This document shows positions 28,901 to 39,193 of a stretch of 64,000 bases of DNA, piece by piece. How positions within the stretch are numbered: position 1 is the stretch's first letter; every line of letters begins with the position of its first letter. Origin of the DNA: Terriglobia bacterium (GTDB lineage: Bacteria; Acidobacteriota; Terriglobia; 20CM-2-55-15); NCBI GenBank assembly GCA_963664115.2, contig CAXWPJ010000009.1, positions 320,001 to 384,000 of the forward strand, in the 5' to 3' direction. Under the pieces are notes generated by a model. That model ran no database searches. It was not told the DNA's origin and was given only the letters and a program-made list of their open reading frames with translations. A program made the position numbers and the translations under genes.

Positions 28901-29858
28901 CTTCTACCGTGAGCTCATCTGAGCGAACGCGGCCCGAAGCGTGGAACTGGCCACCGGAGAACTCAAGGTCTCCAACTGTCTCCATACGACCTGCAAGGTC
29001 TTCATCGACGAAGAAATAGTTCAGAAATCCGAGTTCGAGACTCCCCACATAACCAAGCTGTCCCTCCGGTCCACGGAGAACCTCATCGATCCTCCCCTGG
29101 AGCGTCATCCTGCTTTCTCCCGATACCACAACCGCTGTCTCAACCAGAACCGTACCTCGGGTGTAGTCGAAATCGGCAGAGAGTGTATAGGGAATGAGCG
29201 GTCTGCCCGTACGTTCCACTGCACCGTCGTAGGCGACGTGACCTGATAAAACTCCGGTGGACCCGGCAATTGAGAACGCACCCTCCAGCGAAGCCAATCC
29301 GAAATCGACATCAACGCGCCGCTCGTCAAAATTCAGCGATCCGTCAACAACAACGAACTCATCGACAGACAGTTGAAAACCTCTGGAATCGCTTTCAGAA
29401 CGCGAGGGAGGAATCGGAAGATTGGTTCCTTCATCCGCATCGATCGTTATGAAAATCTCAGGCCGTTCTATCGAAAGTGAGGATAAATCCAGAGATCTCC
29501 GAAACAGCCCCGTCCACGAGAGTCCGATTTCGACACGATCGATCGCGACCAGAGGGGAACTGGATGGATCCTCTTCACCCCTTAAGACAAGCCCCTCCAG
29601 GGCGAAACGCTGCCGGCGAAAGTCCGCGTCGAAGCGCTCCAAAGTGGCGACCGTACCGGTTCGTTCTTCGATCCAGCCAACGATGTAGTCGGCGCCAAAT
29701 TGTTCAAAATCCGCAGAACTCAGGAAGTACACCACGCCTCCGAACAATGCCAACAACGCCAGCGCGGCAGCACCGAGTACCCTGAATGCTCTCTTTTTAT
29801 TCCACCACTTCAATTTCACTTCTCGCGATAAGCGAATCCGTCCAAGCCGAAATTTCAC
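25974..29858 (-). CDS. tamB: Translocation and assembly module TamB-like protein (AsmA/DUF490)
   Basis: N-terminal TM anchor, 1294 aa of beta-taco-like repeats, C-terminal DUF490-like SDPPL region, downstream of an Omp85 gene. Confidence 0.85.
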   Translation of the reverse strand: MKFRLGRIRLSREVKLKWWNKKRAFRVLGAAALALLALFGGVVYFLSSADFEQFGADYIVGWIEERTGTVATLERFDADFRRQRFALEGLVLRGEEDPSSSPLVAIDRVEIGLSWTGLFRRSLDLSSLSIERPEIFITIDADEGTNLPIPPSRSESDSRGFQLSVDEFVVVDGSLNFDERRVDVDFGLASLEGAFSIAGSTGVLSGHVAYDGAVERTGRPLIPYTLSADFDYTRGTVLVETAVVVSGESRMTLQGRIDEVLRGPEGQLGYVGSLELGFLNYFFVDEDLAGRMETVGDLEFSGGQFHASGRVRSDELTVEGWSGTNLFSDFEYSFPERTLVASGLSADVLGGRTTGTAAVLSLPGPARRVELKLAFEGIDTTALRRIYPWQGPYVVTSTAGGTLAGWFEGKFVRFDFQGNSQFESALRTEFAGAVSLPISGSTLYHGVPGAIEVTGLVAQLGSTAFEANGLIDREVTALDFVVESQDFRDLAFLYGPANGHGRLEGVIEGRIAEPNLSGVFTVVSYSYGELEIDSLEGRATLTSDEVEMNNVRVLDGKSEIRVNGRFDRDLGLPDLRVDLVAVDAVELRRFVNWPLDGVVSGELRLFSIDPLRFDAQLESAAFSYDGNRVGRVEAAVMFDPDTVHVSNIAVNQGAASLAGDVLYEQGTGTLAGSVVFSGHRLEDYQWLGVPAGLAGEVRTASFGVEGTVGAPLVEGQAVLDDFRFREQYFPEAVLEIETIGRSMRAEIQAGPELSLAAEIDTAVDGYPFQGTASFVDYGADRPVGLSNGSLTVSGTATFGGQLRDLAGLEGRGQVTGLTARFQDRDLRVSQPFTFEFDSERVQVSSIELAGDATALVLEGTVAVSEQAPLDLSVRGNVDLSLVLSGYAGLEGEGIIVVDGQVSGTLASPELGGIATLESVSLGHESLFLSLSSLSGDLFFDGNRVNLNDIRGNAGGGDVTLRGTVGVERAGPGDFDIRLDASNVRVRTAEGLRIVVNGALVLGGTGQTPSLEGNLQVIDLSFDESFDAFLEMLGGGLGGADSEGPLDQLALALHVAGDRNIRVENEVVSIDARLDLDIGGTWGDPTMTGHIESTAGNLNFQGSRYRISRGAIDFVDPLGIQPLIDVQAETELRDYRIMLAITGRGDDVRLDLRSDPPLPQLEIVSLVAGGRTREELAEDRPDASLVPTSEQLFTGGAATILADLLQERVGSRLGVLGRVRIDPFLVGAENNSVARVTISEQITRDLAITYSQDLSSAKQQIILIEYFLNNDTSFIASRDETGAFGVDIRLRRRFK

Positions 29859-30429
29859 GATCCGCCTTTTCGGTGATGACGTTTTCGCTTATCAAATCGC
29901 CGACTTCGTCCAGTGCAGGCACGGGTTCCAAACCGCGAGCCCTTGCTTCGGGACGAAATACCGTTTCGTAATAGTTCGTAATTTCTTCTTCCGTCGCTGC
30001 CGTAAACCGTCGAAACCGCAAATCGAAATAGGTGATTCGTTCCAACCGTTTCCGTGCCGAGTCGCGGATCACCTCCCTCGTGAGGTTACCGGTGTCCGGG
30101 TACTGAGAGATGATTTCATCCACCCGTTCTTCGTCTATCCGAAGGCCGGGAAACTGGTCGATCTGATCTTGAATCAGCAAGTCTTCGATCACTGCCTGGA
30201 GGAGGGCGGATTCATTGTCCTCTACCACATCGCCGAACAAACGGGCCACTTCTCCGTGACGCCGAACGTCACCCAGTGTGACGACACGTCCGTCGACGAT
30301 GGCCATCATCCGGTCAATCAGATCCGCACGACTCACACTCCCTGAGAACAACATTCCCAGAACTATGCCGGCAAGGAGCACACCCCTATGAAGTACGGAG
30401 AGCCTGCTGCCCTGTGCGTGTGTCTTCAA
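29797..30429 (-). CDS. SurA N-terminal-like periplasmic chaperone
   Basis: Signal peptide, IDRM.AIVDG.VVT..D, C-terminal W...L......IE. Confidence 0.6.
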   Translation of the reverse strand: MKTHAQGSRLSVLHRGVLLAGIVLGMLFSGSVSRADLIDRMMAIVDGRVVTLGDVRRHGEVARLFGDVVEDNESALLQAVIEDLLIQDQIDQFPGLRIDEERVDEIISQYPDTGNLTREVIRDSARKRLERITYFDLRFRRFTAATEEEITNYYETVFRPEARARGLEPVPALDEVGDLISENVITEKADREISAWTDSLIARSEIEVVE

Positions 30430-30521
30430 AACGCATGCCCCAATGTCAAAAACACGTGATTATGAGACTCGTTCGGTTGACGGTTCATGTTAAAACCAAA
30501 ATCCAGACGGATCGGACCTAG

Positions 30522-32370
30522 TCCCAAAACAAGCGCATAACCAGTCCGCCGAGGCCCAGTTCGCGCCGATAGAATTCGAGGCATAGAATCCCGTTCCCGG
30601 ATGGCCTGTTCCAGGTATCGAGTTTCTGTTGAATCTGTTTCAGTTCAGCCTCGCTGGTGTTGGACGGTTGACAGAAACCGGGACCTCGATCGCCCGGGCT
30701 CAGAGTCATGATCGGGTCAACATCGCAGAGGCTGACGCAACACATCCACCCCGCGGAACAAGACCGGCAACCACCGGTTCCAGGCCAGGATCCGGAACAG
30801 AATGCGCCGCCCGGTGCGCACGAGTTGGCACGGCACAAGCATGAAAGCGTTCAAGAAGGTTTTGAACTCCATGCGCAGCACGGTTTGCTTCTCAGCCTGA
30901 TATTTTTGGCCCCAACGTCCGGTTTCGGGAAGCAGCAATGCAAACCACGCTTTCAGTGTCCAGGCCAGTGACGCGATCACCATGTAGGCCCAGTTGCTGG
31001 TCTGATCTCCGACCGGCATCCGCAACGCCTGAACGCCGTTCTTCAACTGCTCAATGAGATTCTCCTGATTGCACCGTTGATTGGCACGCATCACAATCTG
31101 GTCGGCCGGATCCGAACGGTTGGTAATGTAGAAGAAGTACCGGATGTCGTCAAACAACACCTGCTCTCCTTTGGCCACCGACAGATTCTTCCGCACCACG
31201 ACGACACGGTAGTCCCGATCGCAGGCTCCGGGTCGATACCGAAACTCGGCCACATCCTCACCCTGCAAGCGGATATTGTCGAAACCGCGCTGCCGAACGA
31301 TCTCTTCCTTCACGTTGTCGGGACGTTGGCGCGGTTCGGTCGCCACGTCGTATTTCGCGGGCCGTTCCAGGCGCTTCCACTGGCGCGGCTCCAGTTCATC
31401 GGCCCGGGCCTTCAGGTTCGCCATCGCGTCAATCCCGAATATGAAACCCACCTGCTGGTCGTCCCATCCGTCCAGATGCCGGGTCTGGCTGAAGTCCGTG
31501 TCCCCGCGCAGCAGGATCTGGCGAAACCCCGCATGCCGGCACAATGCGATGGCTTGGTCGAACCGGACCGCGGCTCCTTCATGCGACGGCCGGTTGCCGC
31601 TACGATTGACCAGATACAGCGGTTCGGCGGTGTTGGCCAGCGAGATCATCAGCGGGTGATATCCCCACGTCCCGTCGTAGGCCACGTCCATCCCTTGCTT
31701 GCATTCCCCCGTGGTTTCGGCCAGTGTCCCGTCCGCGTCCAACACCGCTTCTTCGAAAAACGCCGCCGGTTGCTGTCGCCAGACTCCGAGCCGGACTTGA
31801 TTGGTTGCCTCCATCAGACACTCCACGTCGTCGGCCTCGAATCTCCGGCAGAAGTCTCCCGCCGTCGTCGGATCCGGAATCCGTTGCGCTCCCAGCGCAT
31901 CCAGATACACCGCATCGTTGCGCCGCAGTTCGATGTCTTCCAGGCACGTTCCTCCGCTCAAGGCGTTGTAGGCGATGTTCAGCACGTGATCCGACTCGTG
32001 ATACGGCAGGTGCCGCTTCAACACATGCACGCCCTTGTCGATGGCTTCGATCAGCCCGGTCCGCCGCGCCACCAGTTGCATCGTCCCGATACCACCAACC
32101 GATGTGCCCCGCGTCCGCTCTCCCATCTCGTACTGAATGTTGCTCGCCGAAAACATCGGCTCTACCTGATCCGTCCAATGCCGGTCCCCAAGCCGACGTT
32201 CGATTCGCCGCTTGCGGTTCCTCATGTTCTTGCGCGTATAATCGTTCATCTGAAATGCCTCCTTTTCCGAAGAATCTGTTCAAGGTTTTTTTCGCACGGA
32301 GACGGGGCATTTCGGGTACTTCCGCTCTTATTGCACTATCATTTCCTCGTCAATCACGCTTGTTCAGGGT
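30522..32370 (-). mobile_element. IS1380-family insertion sequence
   Basis: IRs CCCAAAACAAGCG / CGCTTGTTCAGGG and CTAG(T) duplication at 30518 and 32371. Confidence 0.9.
30717..32249 (-). CDS. IS1380-family transposase
   Basis: PDPTT.GDF, LDADGT, GYHPL, LRGDTDF and R..QEN.I.QLK motifs. Confidence 0.9.
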   Translation of the reverse strand: MNDYTRKNMRNRKRRIERRLGDRHWTDQVEPMFSASNIQYEMGERTRGTSVGGIGTMQLVARRTGLIEAIDKGVHVLKRHLPYHESDHVLNIAYNALSGGTCLEDIELRRNDAVYLDALGAQRIPDPTTAGDFCRRFEADDVECLMEATNQVRLGVWRQQPAAFFEEAVLDADGTLAETTGECKQGMDVAYDGTWGYHPLMISLANTAEPLYLVNRSGNRPSHEGAAVRFDQAIALCRHAGFRQILLRGDTDFSQTRHLDGWDDQQVGFIFGIDAMANLKARADELEPRQWKRLERPAKYDVATEPRQRPDNVKEEIVRQRGFDNIRLQGEDVAEFRYRPGACDRDYRVVVVRKNLSVAKGEQVLFDDIRYFFYITNRSDPADQIVMRANQRCNQENLIEQLKNGVQALRMPVGDQTSNWAYMVIASLAWTLKAWFALLLPETGRWGQKYQAEKQTVLRMEFKTFLNAFMLVPCQLVRTGRRILFRILAWNRWLPVLFRGVDVLRQPLRC

Positions 32371-35040
32371 CTAGTGGCGTCTCATACCGTATTCCGAAAC
32401 CCGCTGTATGGGTGAAATCGCCAATATTAAAGTCGGATATGTACTGAAAAGTGGTGCCCGTATCGTAGAAAACCGTGCCTCCCAAGCCGGAAATCAGAAT
32501 GGGTATCGGGAACCTGTACTCTGCGTTCAAAATCGCCAGTGCATTGCCGCCGCCATCGGTCCCTGCTTTGTCCAGTCCGAAAGCTCTCAGGGTTGTCGAT
32601 CCACCGGCGAAATAGCGTTCGGTTATCGGTAACGACACTGTGTTCCCATACGGTTGGTTCCAACCGAACCGCAGCGACGCCGCAATGACCGTTTCCTTTG
32701 CAGGACGGTAAATGCTCCCCTGGGTGAACAACGACACGTAGTTGATCTGGGACCCGAAATGTTCGCTCGCCAACCGCAGAGTTCCGGTAAAGTAATTTCC
32801 CCGTCTTGGATTAATCGGATCGTTTCGGGTGTCACGGATATAGGATCCTCCGATACTTGCGATCTGAACGGTACCGGTTTCGTCGGGGAAACTTCCGGCC
32901 CGCGGATTTACCCTAATATCGCGAAGGTTCACCGTCTCAAAACTGGCGGAAACCAACAGGCTGTCCTGACTGCCGAACTGTTTTAGAGATTGGAACGAGA
33001 AGTCGATCCGGTTGGCATCGAAAAACTGCCTCCGCGTGCGCTCGAAAAACAACGAAGCGAAACCGTCCACGTCCCAGTTGAAGAGTCTCGGTTCCCTGAA
33101 GGTGGTCTGAAACCTCTGTTCCCTCTGGCTGCCCCGAATTCTGAAGCTCAACGAGCGGTCCAGTCCCCAGAGGTTGCTGTGCGTAAGTTCGACCGTGCCG
33201 CGCAGACCCTCTCTGTCCTGAACTCCTACGCCATAGGTAAGCAACAGCGGACCCGCGTCCTCGAGTTGGATGAGAAGATCGCGTGTGCCGGGTTTATCCT
33301 GCTCAAGCGTAACGATGTCGACCCGATTAAAGAGACCTGTTGCGTACAATCGCTGCTGTGCCTGAAGAATCGTTTCCGGGTCGTAGGCGTCACCCGCGGC
33401 GAGTTGGCTGTTACGGTGAACGACTTTGTCCCGCGTACGGGTATTGCCAGCGACAAATATCGTACCAATCGCATAAGGTTTACCCTCATCAAGACTGTAG
33501 CTTATGTCAACGCGATCCCCGTCGGCGCTCTGATCAACGCTGGATCGCACCCGGACATCGGGGTATCCAAGCCCGTGGTAGTCCGAGGTGATCGCGGCCC
33601 GGACTCCTTCCACGGCGGCCGGAGAATAGATGCCCCCCGAATCGAAATTTGCGATGCGGTCCAGGTCGGCATCCTCGAGCACCGTGTTTCCGAGGAAGTA
33701 CACGTTGCCGATCTCAAGCTGGCTTCCCTCTTCAACCTGTAACACCGCAGAAATCGCATTCCCTTCGATCGAATATTCGGGTTCGACGCGAGTCGCCGCA
33801 AATCCGGCCGCCGTATACATTCTCACAATTGTCTCGGCGGCTTCTGTGAGCAGTTCCGGGCTAAAAATGCCCTGGCTGAACAGGCCATTCCGCGAAATCC
33901 CGATAGCGTCATACATGAGATCTTCATCAAAAAATGTATGCCCCTCGATCCTTACTTCACGAACGGAGTAGCGCTCACCTGAAATTACGATGTAGTTGAT
34001 TTGAAACGCATTGTCTCGCGGTGCGGCAATCAGTTCCGCTGTAACCGAAGCTTCGAAGTAGCCCTCCTGGCGGAGGTGTTCCAACAGGCCGATCCGGCCT
34101 TCTTCGATCAGATCGGGGTCGACGCTGCCTTCCTCGAAGACCGGAATCAATTCGCGGAGTACGGAATCCTCCAACTCATAACCTCGAAGCTGTACCAGCG
34201 TAAACGGTCCGGGTTCAGCAACAACTCGAAGGTCTACCATGTTCTCAGCCTCGTCATAGCTCACAAAAAAGTCGACCCGGGTATTTAGAAATCCCAGTTC
34301 GGCAAAGTCGGAACGGATATTTTCCCTGCCTGCTTCAATACCCTCGACGATAAACGCGTCACCCGCTTCCACGCCAAAAGAGTTTCCGATCTCGGCTTCG
34401 CTAAAGGTCTGTTCGCCGCCTTCAAAATCAATGGTTCGGATCCGTGCCGGAGTACCGACACCGACCGCGACAGTGACCGTAACAAGCCTGCTCTGGTCGT
34501 CAAACTCGTAAGTCGGTTCGACATCGACCTGAAAATATCCCTCCCTTTCAAGCTGCTCACTCACTGACGCTACGATCTCGTCCAACTGGGTTCTGGAAAA
34601 GCGCTCGCCGTGAGGTAGATTCAGATAATTGGACAACGGTCGTTCCAGAAGATTGGCGGGACTCAGCACAACCGTCGCCAGAAAGTAGGGCTCTTCGACA
34701 AGAAAAGTCAGTGCTGTCGTACCATCGGGTGCTTCCGAAGCGTCGACGTTGATACGGCCATAGCCCCCCGAGTCGAACAAAGCCTGTATGGAGGCGTGGA
34801 TGGCCTCCCCGCTCAGAACATCGCCCGACCGGATGGGAATGACTTCAAGCAGAGTCCGAGGGGCGCCTTCGATCGCAATCGTCCCCACGGACGCGGGGTC
34901 GGGCTGTTGCGCGGCCAGCGCCAGAGGGAAGAGTACCCAGGACATGAGGCCGATCATCCTCATAAGAACCTTTGACGGGAGGAACCCCCCAATCGACACC
35001 AACAAAAAACCGGACACCCGCAGCAAAAGCTCGACGCCAA

Positions 35041-35071
35041 AAGAAAAAAGCCCTACTTACGCAGGGCTTTT
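35041..35071 (-). terminator. Rho-independent terminator after rpmB
   Basis: AAAAGCCCT...AGGGCTTTT hairpin followed by a U tract on the minus strand. Confidence 0.75.
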
Positions 35072-35096
35072 CACATTGATCTTGAGCTAGAAAGAA

Positions 35097-35288
35097 TCAA
35101 GCGGGCTTGGTGATTCGGCCGTTTCGAATGCAACTCGTGCATACCCGCATCCGCTTCGGCGTCTTGCCCACAAGGGCTCTCACCCGCTGCAGATTGGGGT
35201 TCCATCGTCGATTGGTCAGGTTGTGGGCGTGGCTGACTCGGTGCCCGTACATTGGGCCTTTCCCACAAATTTCGCATCGCTTTGCCAT
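35097..35288 (-). CDS. rpmB: 50S ribosomal protein L28 (zinc-binding form)
   Basis: CEICGK...[15 protein letters not shown]...VCTSC. Confidence 0.97.
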   Translation of the reverse strand: MAKRCEICGKGPMYGHRVSHAHNLTNRRWNPNLQRVRALVGKTPKRMRVCTSCIRNGRITKPA

Positions 35289-35474
35289 GAACCTTGAATC
35301 CTCTCTCTGGCAATAGCCGACTGTGGACCTGTTATAGTCCTAGACCTTCACCAAGCCGTAAATTATACCAGACAGGGCGGTTGGGCTCAATGTGACGATG
35401 GTAGAAATCCTTGATCCAAGACCTCAAGCAGGTGCTAGAATATCCTGACATTCTTTAATTGTGGAGTATTCTCA

Positions 35475-36509
35475 GTGAAATCAGGTCTTCCAATCATCTT
35501 AGCAGCAAGCGTAGCGTTTCTTTTCTCTGCGTGTTCAGGAGTATCAACCCCTTCTGCCGACGCTGTCGCCCGCGTCAACGGTGTCGACCTGACAGTGGAC
35601 GATCTCGACAAGAGACTTGTAGCCAGCCTGGTGGGAGTGGAGCCCGCCCCAGAGGAAGAAGCACTTGAGGCGCTCCGACTGCAACTGTTGACCGAGATGA
35701 TCGGCAACGAGATTCTTCTGCAGATGGCCGCTGCAGATACGTTGACGGCCACCGACGCCGAAATCGACGTGGAGTACAACAATTTCAAAAATCAGTATTC
35801 CCTGGAACGGTTCGAAGAAGTCCTCAGCCAACAACAGATGTCAACGGACGACCTGAGGGACCAGCTTCGCATGTCGCTGACGATCGATAAGCTTCTCAAC
35901 AAGGAAATAACCTCCAAAATTTCGGTTGCAGACGCCGACATCGCCGAATTCTTCGAGACGAACAGGACCAGCTTCGATCTTCCGGAGTCGTTTCACTTCG
36001 CACACATCCTGGTCACGGCGGTCGCCGAGCAGGGTATCACCAACCTCGAAGGCGACGACGCCACGACTGAGGAGGAGGCCCTCGACAAGGCGACTCGGCT
36101 TCTCCGGGATATCCAGGGTGGTCGGGACTTCGGCACCGTTGCCCGGCAGTACTCTGAAGACCCGTCAACTGCACCTGCAGGTGGTGATCTGAACTTTCAG
36201 CCGATAGAATCCATCGCGGCGCTCGACCCGGTCCTAGCCGAAGCGATTCTGGAAATGAGGGAAGGTGAAACCTACCCGCAGATCCTGCCGACACGCTTTG
36301 GATTCCATCTCTTGAAGTTGTTCGAAGTAGATGAAGGCGGCCAGAAGGAGTTGTCTGATCCCCAGGTGGAAGCCCAGATTCGGCAGATACTATTCGATCA
36401 GCAGGACCAGATACTCAGAACGGCCTACTACGAGACGATCCGAAATGCCGCAAGGATCGAAAATCTCCTGGCGCAACGCATCCTCGACCAAGCCGGACCC
36501 TCCTCCTAA
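35475..36509 (+). CDS. SurA/PrsA-like parvulin PPIase lipoprotein
   Basis: Lipobox LFSAC, VARVNG, HILV, F..VA.QYSED...GGDL, FGFH. Confidence 0.88.
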   Translation: MKSGLPIILAASVAFLFSACSGVSTPSADAVARVNGVDLTVDDLDKRLVASLVGVEPAPEEEALEALRLQLLTEMIGNEILLQMAAADTLTATDAEIDVEYNNFKNQYSLERFEEVLSQQQMSTDDLRDQLRMSLTIDKLLNKEITSKISVADADIAEFFETNRTSFDLPESFHFAHILVTAVAEQGITNLEGDDATTEEEALDKATRLLRDIQGGRDFGTVARQYSEDPSTAPAGGDLNFQPIESIAALDPVLAEAILEMREGETYPQILPTRFGFHLLKLFEVDEGGQKELSDPQVEAQIRQILFDQQDQILRTAYYETIRNAARIENLLAQRILDQAGPSS

Positions 36510-36681
36510 GAAATCAACTGCAGATAGGTAGACACAGGTTGTGCACCCGCATGCCGGAACATCCGCCTTGCTTTGACACCTGTTCCGTCAATTTCAGCCC
36601 ACCGGGAGACCCTCCTAAGTAGACCCGTCGGCTTCCGGAACAGGGCAATCATTCGGGAATTGAGCTATCCTTGGCATTTAG

Positions 36682-37452
36682 ATGACATACGTTATCGACA
36701 ACCTTTCTTTCGCGTATTCCCAGAGCCGTGTAGTCGAAAGCCTTTCCCTCAGTATCAAAGCCGGAGAGTTCCTCGCCATCATCGGTCCCAACGGCGCTGG
36801 AAAGTCGACGCTGCTCAAGTTGATGGCGGGTCTTCTCTCCGGCTTCCAGGGATCCGTCAATTTCATGGGCAAATCCATCGTCGACTACAAACCCGCGGAA
36901 CTGGCCCGGAAAGTAGCGTTCGTTCCGCAGGAAACACACGTTGTGTTTCCTTTTACGGTTGATGAAATGATCCTGATGGGTCGCATGCCTTATCGGCAGA
37001 GCTTCTTGTTCGATACAGAAACCGACGATCAGTTCGTGCGGCAGGCGATGGCGCTCACGCAAACCGAACATCTGACTGGCAAGCTGTTTGCCGAGATCAG
37101 TGGTGGTGAGCGGCAACGCGTCGTCCTGGCAAGCGCGCTGGCACAAACTCCTGAAGTGCTGCTACTGGACGAACCGACTGTCTACCTGGACCTGAAGCAC
37201 CAGATCCAGTTCTACGAGATTCTGGCGCGCCTCAACACCCGGCAGCACATGACCGTCGTAGCGGTAACTCACGACATCAACCTGGCGTCCCGCCACGCAG
37301 GAAGACTGATCGCGATTCGTGAGGGTGTGATCGTAACCGAAGGGACCTCCGATCAGGTTTTGACCGCAGAGAAGCTACATGAAATCTTTGGAATCACAGC
37401 CGACATCGTCGAACGCCCTGACGGTGGACGATTCGTCATACCGTCCGCGTAA
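36682..37452 (+). CDS. Iron-chelate/cobalamin ABC ATPase (FecE/BtuD/HmuV-like)
   Basis: GPNGAGKST, SGGERQRV, LLDEPT.LD..HQ, HDINLA. Confidence 0.9.
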   Translation: MTYVIDNLSFAYSQSRVVESLSLSIKAGEFLAIIGPNGAGKSTLLKLMAGLLSGFQGSVNFMGKSIVDYKPAELARKVAFVPQETHVVFPFTVDEMILMGRMPYRQSFLFDTETDDQFVRQAMALTQTEHLTGKLFAEISGGERQRVVLASALAQTPEVLLLDEPTVYLDLKHQIQFYEILARLNTRQHMTVVAVTHDINLASRHAGRLIAIREGVIVTEGTSDQVLTAEKLHEIFGITADIVERPDGGRFVIPSA

Positions 37453-38455
37453 GGCCGGCCTGACTCCCGCCCGGTTCCTGGTTACCGTTGGCCCCTGTGC
37501 GCTGTTCCTGGGCCTGGTTTTGCTCATAACACCCTGGATTGGATCAGCCGGTATAACTTGGGCACGCGTCTGGGAAGGGCTGAGTCCCGATCGCGAGATC
37601 TTTCTCATTGCACGACTCCCGCGGATTCTTTTCGGTGCGCTGGCAGGTGGATCTCTGGCCGTAGCGGGAGTCCTGTTTCAGGCAATTCTACGGAACGCGC
37701 TCGCAACTCCGTTCACGCTGGGAGTGTCGAGCGGAAGTTCTTTCGGGGCCGTATTCGCCATCTGGCTCGGCCTGGATATTGTTTTCTTCGGAATCCCGAT
37801 CGTCTCGGTTGCAGCGTTCGCCGGAGCCCTGTTTACGATATTGCTGGTCTTCCTGATCGCCCGGAGCCGCCACGCTCTTCCGACATTTACGTTGCTGCTT
37901 GCGGGCGTCACCTTGAACTTCGTGTTTGCAGCTCTCATTCTATTCATCCATTTTGCGGCAGCCGATTTTAACGAGTCGTTCCTGATGGTGCGATGGATGA
38001 TGGGCGGCGTCAGCGACGTAAGTTACTCCATGATCGCCAAAACCGCCCCGTTAATCGTCGTATCGGTCCTTCTGCTACTCGCATACGCCGCTCAACTGAA
38101 TCCCCTTGCTGCGGGTGAGGATTGGGCCACGACACGCGGGGTCAACGTGGAACATCTGAAGCGCGTCTGCTATGTCGGGGGATCGCTTTTGACAGCGACG
38201 ATCACAGCTGTCACCGGTCCTATCGGGTTCGTGGGATTGATCGTACCCCATTCACTACGCCTGATAGCGGGTCCGGATCACCGCATCCTGATTCCAGGAG
38301 CGTTTTTCGCCGGGGGCGGATTTCTCGTGCTCTGCGATACGATGGCCCGAACCCTGTTTGCGCCGACCGAAATACCGGTGGGCGTGATCACGGCCCTGCT
38401 CGGCGGACCTTTCTTTATCGTCCTGTTAAAGCAGAGAAAAGGCGATCTTTTCTAA
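37424..38455 (+). CDS. FecCD/BtuC-family permease
   Basis: RLPR, RNALATP..LGVSSG, GPIGFVGLIVPH, EIPVG...GGPFF. Start approximate. Confidence 0.9.
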   Translation: MDDSSYRPRKAGLTPARFLVTVGPCALFLGLVLLITPWIGSAGITWARVWEGLSPDREIFLIARLPRILFGALAGGSLAVAGVLFQAILRNALATPFTLGVSSGSSFGAVFAIWLGLDIVFFGIPIVSVAAFAGALFTILLVFLIARSRHALPTFTLLLAGVTLNFVFAALILFIHFAAADFNESFLMVRWMMGGVSDVSYSMIAKTAPLIVVSVLLLLAYAAQLNPLAAGEDWATTRGVNVEHLKRVCYVGGSLLTATITAVTGPIGFVGLIVPHSLRLIAGPDHRILIPGAFFAGGGFLVLCDTMARTLFAPTEIPVGVITALLGGPFFIVLLKQRKGDLF

Positions 38456-38471
38456 CTCCAGAAAGGAAGAA

Positions 38472-38558
38472 CGGAGAGGGGGGGATTCGAACCCCCGGCA
38501 CGGTTACCCGTGCAACTGCTTAGCAGGCAGCCCTGTTCAGCCACTCCAGCACCTCTCC
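38472..38558 (-). tRNA. tRNA-Ser(GCT), canonical
   Basis: GGAGAGG acceptor, TGG D loop, CTGCTAA anticodon loop, long variable arm GCACGG-GTAA-CCGTGC, GTTCGAATC T loop, G73. Confidence 0.96.
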
Positions 38559-38724
38559 AAGGGCAAGTCTCATGGGACACCTACACCCGAATTCAGCGAC
38601 CGGGGATTGACACGCTTGCGCTGAAATGAATGGGCTGTCCTCTTGAAATATCCTTTCAATTATAGGAGACCCCGATCCAAAAAACCACCGCAGGGTCAAG
38701 GTCTAGGCTATTCTAAGCACTAGT

Positions 38725-39189
38725 ATGGAGACTCGACTCGCATTGTTTATCGCGCTCGTCTTCCTGGCTCTTTTTTGGAACACGCTGCTGTTGTGGTTCG
38801 TCTATCGCGCTCTGGCACGATCCACAGACCAGGTATCCCGATATCAGCACCATTGCTATCGATTGATCAAGGGATTGGGCGTTACACTCGAAAAGGCCGA
38901 ACTGGCTTCCGGCAGGGCCGCCGAGTGGTCGGGGCAGATCCGGGAAAGAGTCGTCGATGCGGGTGGAAACGTCAATCGTGTCGAGAACTGGCTCGGATAC
39001 GGCATGGCGAAACTCGACTTCAATGTCGACCGGGTCTCAAAGGATATCACCGGCAGGGTGGACCGGATTCAGGCAGCGGTCTCCGAGCCCCTATTTCGTA
39101 CCGGAACGGTGTTTCAAGGCATCCGGGCCTTTCTTGAACTGCTCACATTGGGCCAGCCCGATCAAGAGGGGCGTAACCCTCGCTCTTAG
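38725..39189 (+). CDS. Hypothetical TM-anchored helical protein
   Basis: N-terminal TM helix followed by amphipathic helices. Confidence 0.6.
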   Translation: METRLALFIALVFLALFWNTLLLWFVYRALARSTDQVSRYQHHCYRLIKGLGVTLEKAELASGRAAEWSGQIRERVVDAGGNVNRVENWLGYGMAKLDFNVDRVSKDITGRVDRIQAAVSEPLFRTGTVFQGIRAFLELLTLGQPDQEGRNPRS

Positions 39190-39193
39190 CCTG

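Larger units (their letters stand above)
30426..35026 (-). pseudogene. tamA: TamA/BamA (Omp85) family protein interrupted near its 3' end by IS1380
   Basis: Multiple POTRA repeats, AGGSTTLRAF motif. ...YETPL resumes after the IS as GPIRLDFG...LGHAF* (30426-30521). Confidence 0.88.

Noticed and set aside
31077-32447. 456-aa plus-strand ORF
   Set aside because: Antisense shadow of the GC-rich IS1380 transposase, with no recognisable motifs.
36510-36681. Canonical cobalamin riboswitch
   Set aside because: Expected GGGAA, GCCACTG and AGYCAGRAGACC elements are not recognisable.
38472-38558. tRNA-Ser as an integration site
   Set aside because: No integrase nearby and no duplicated 3' end seen.
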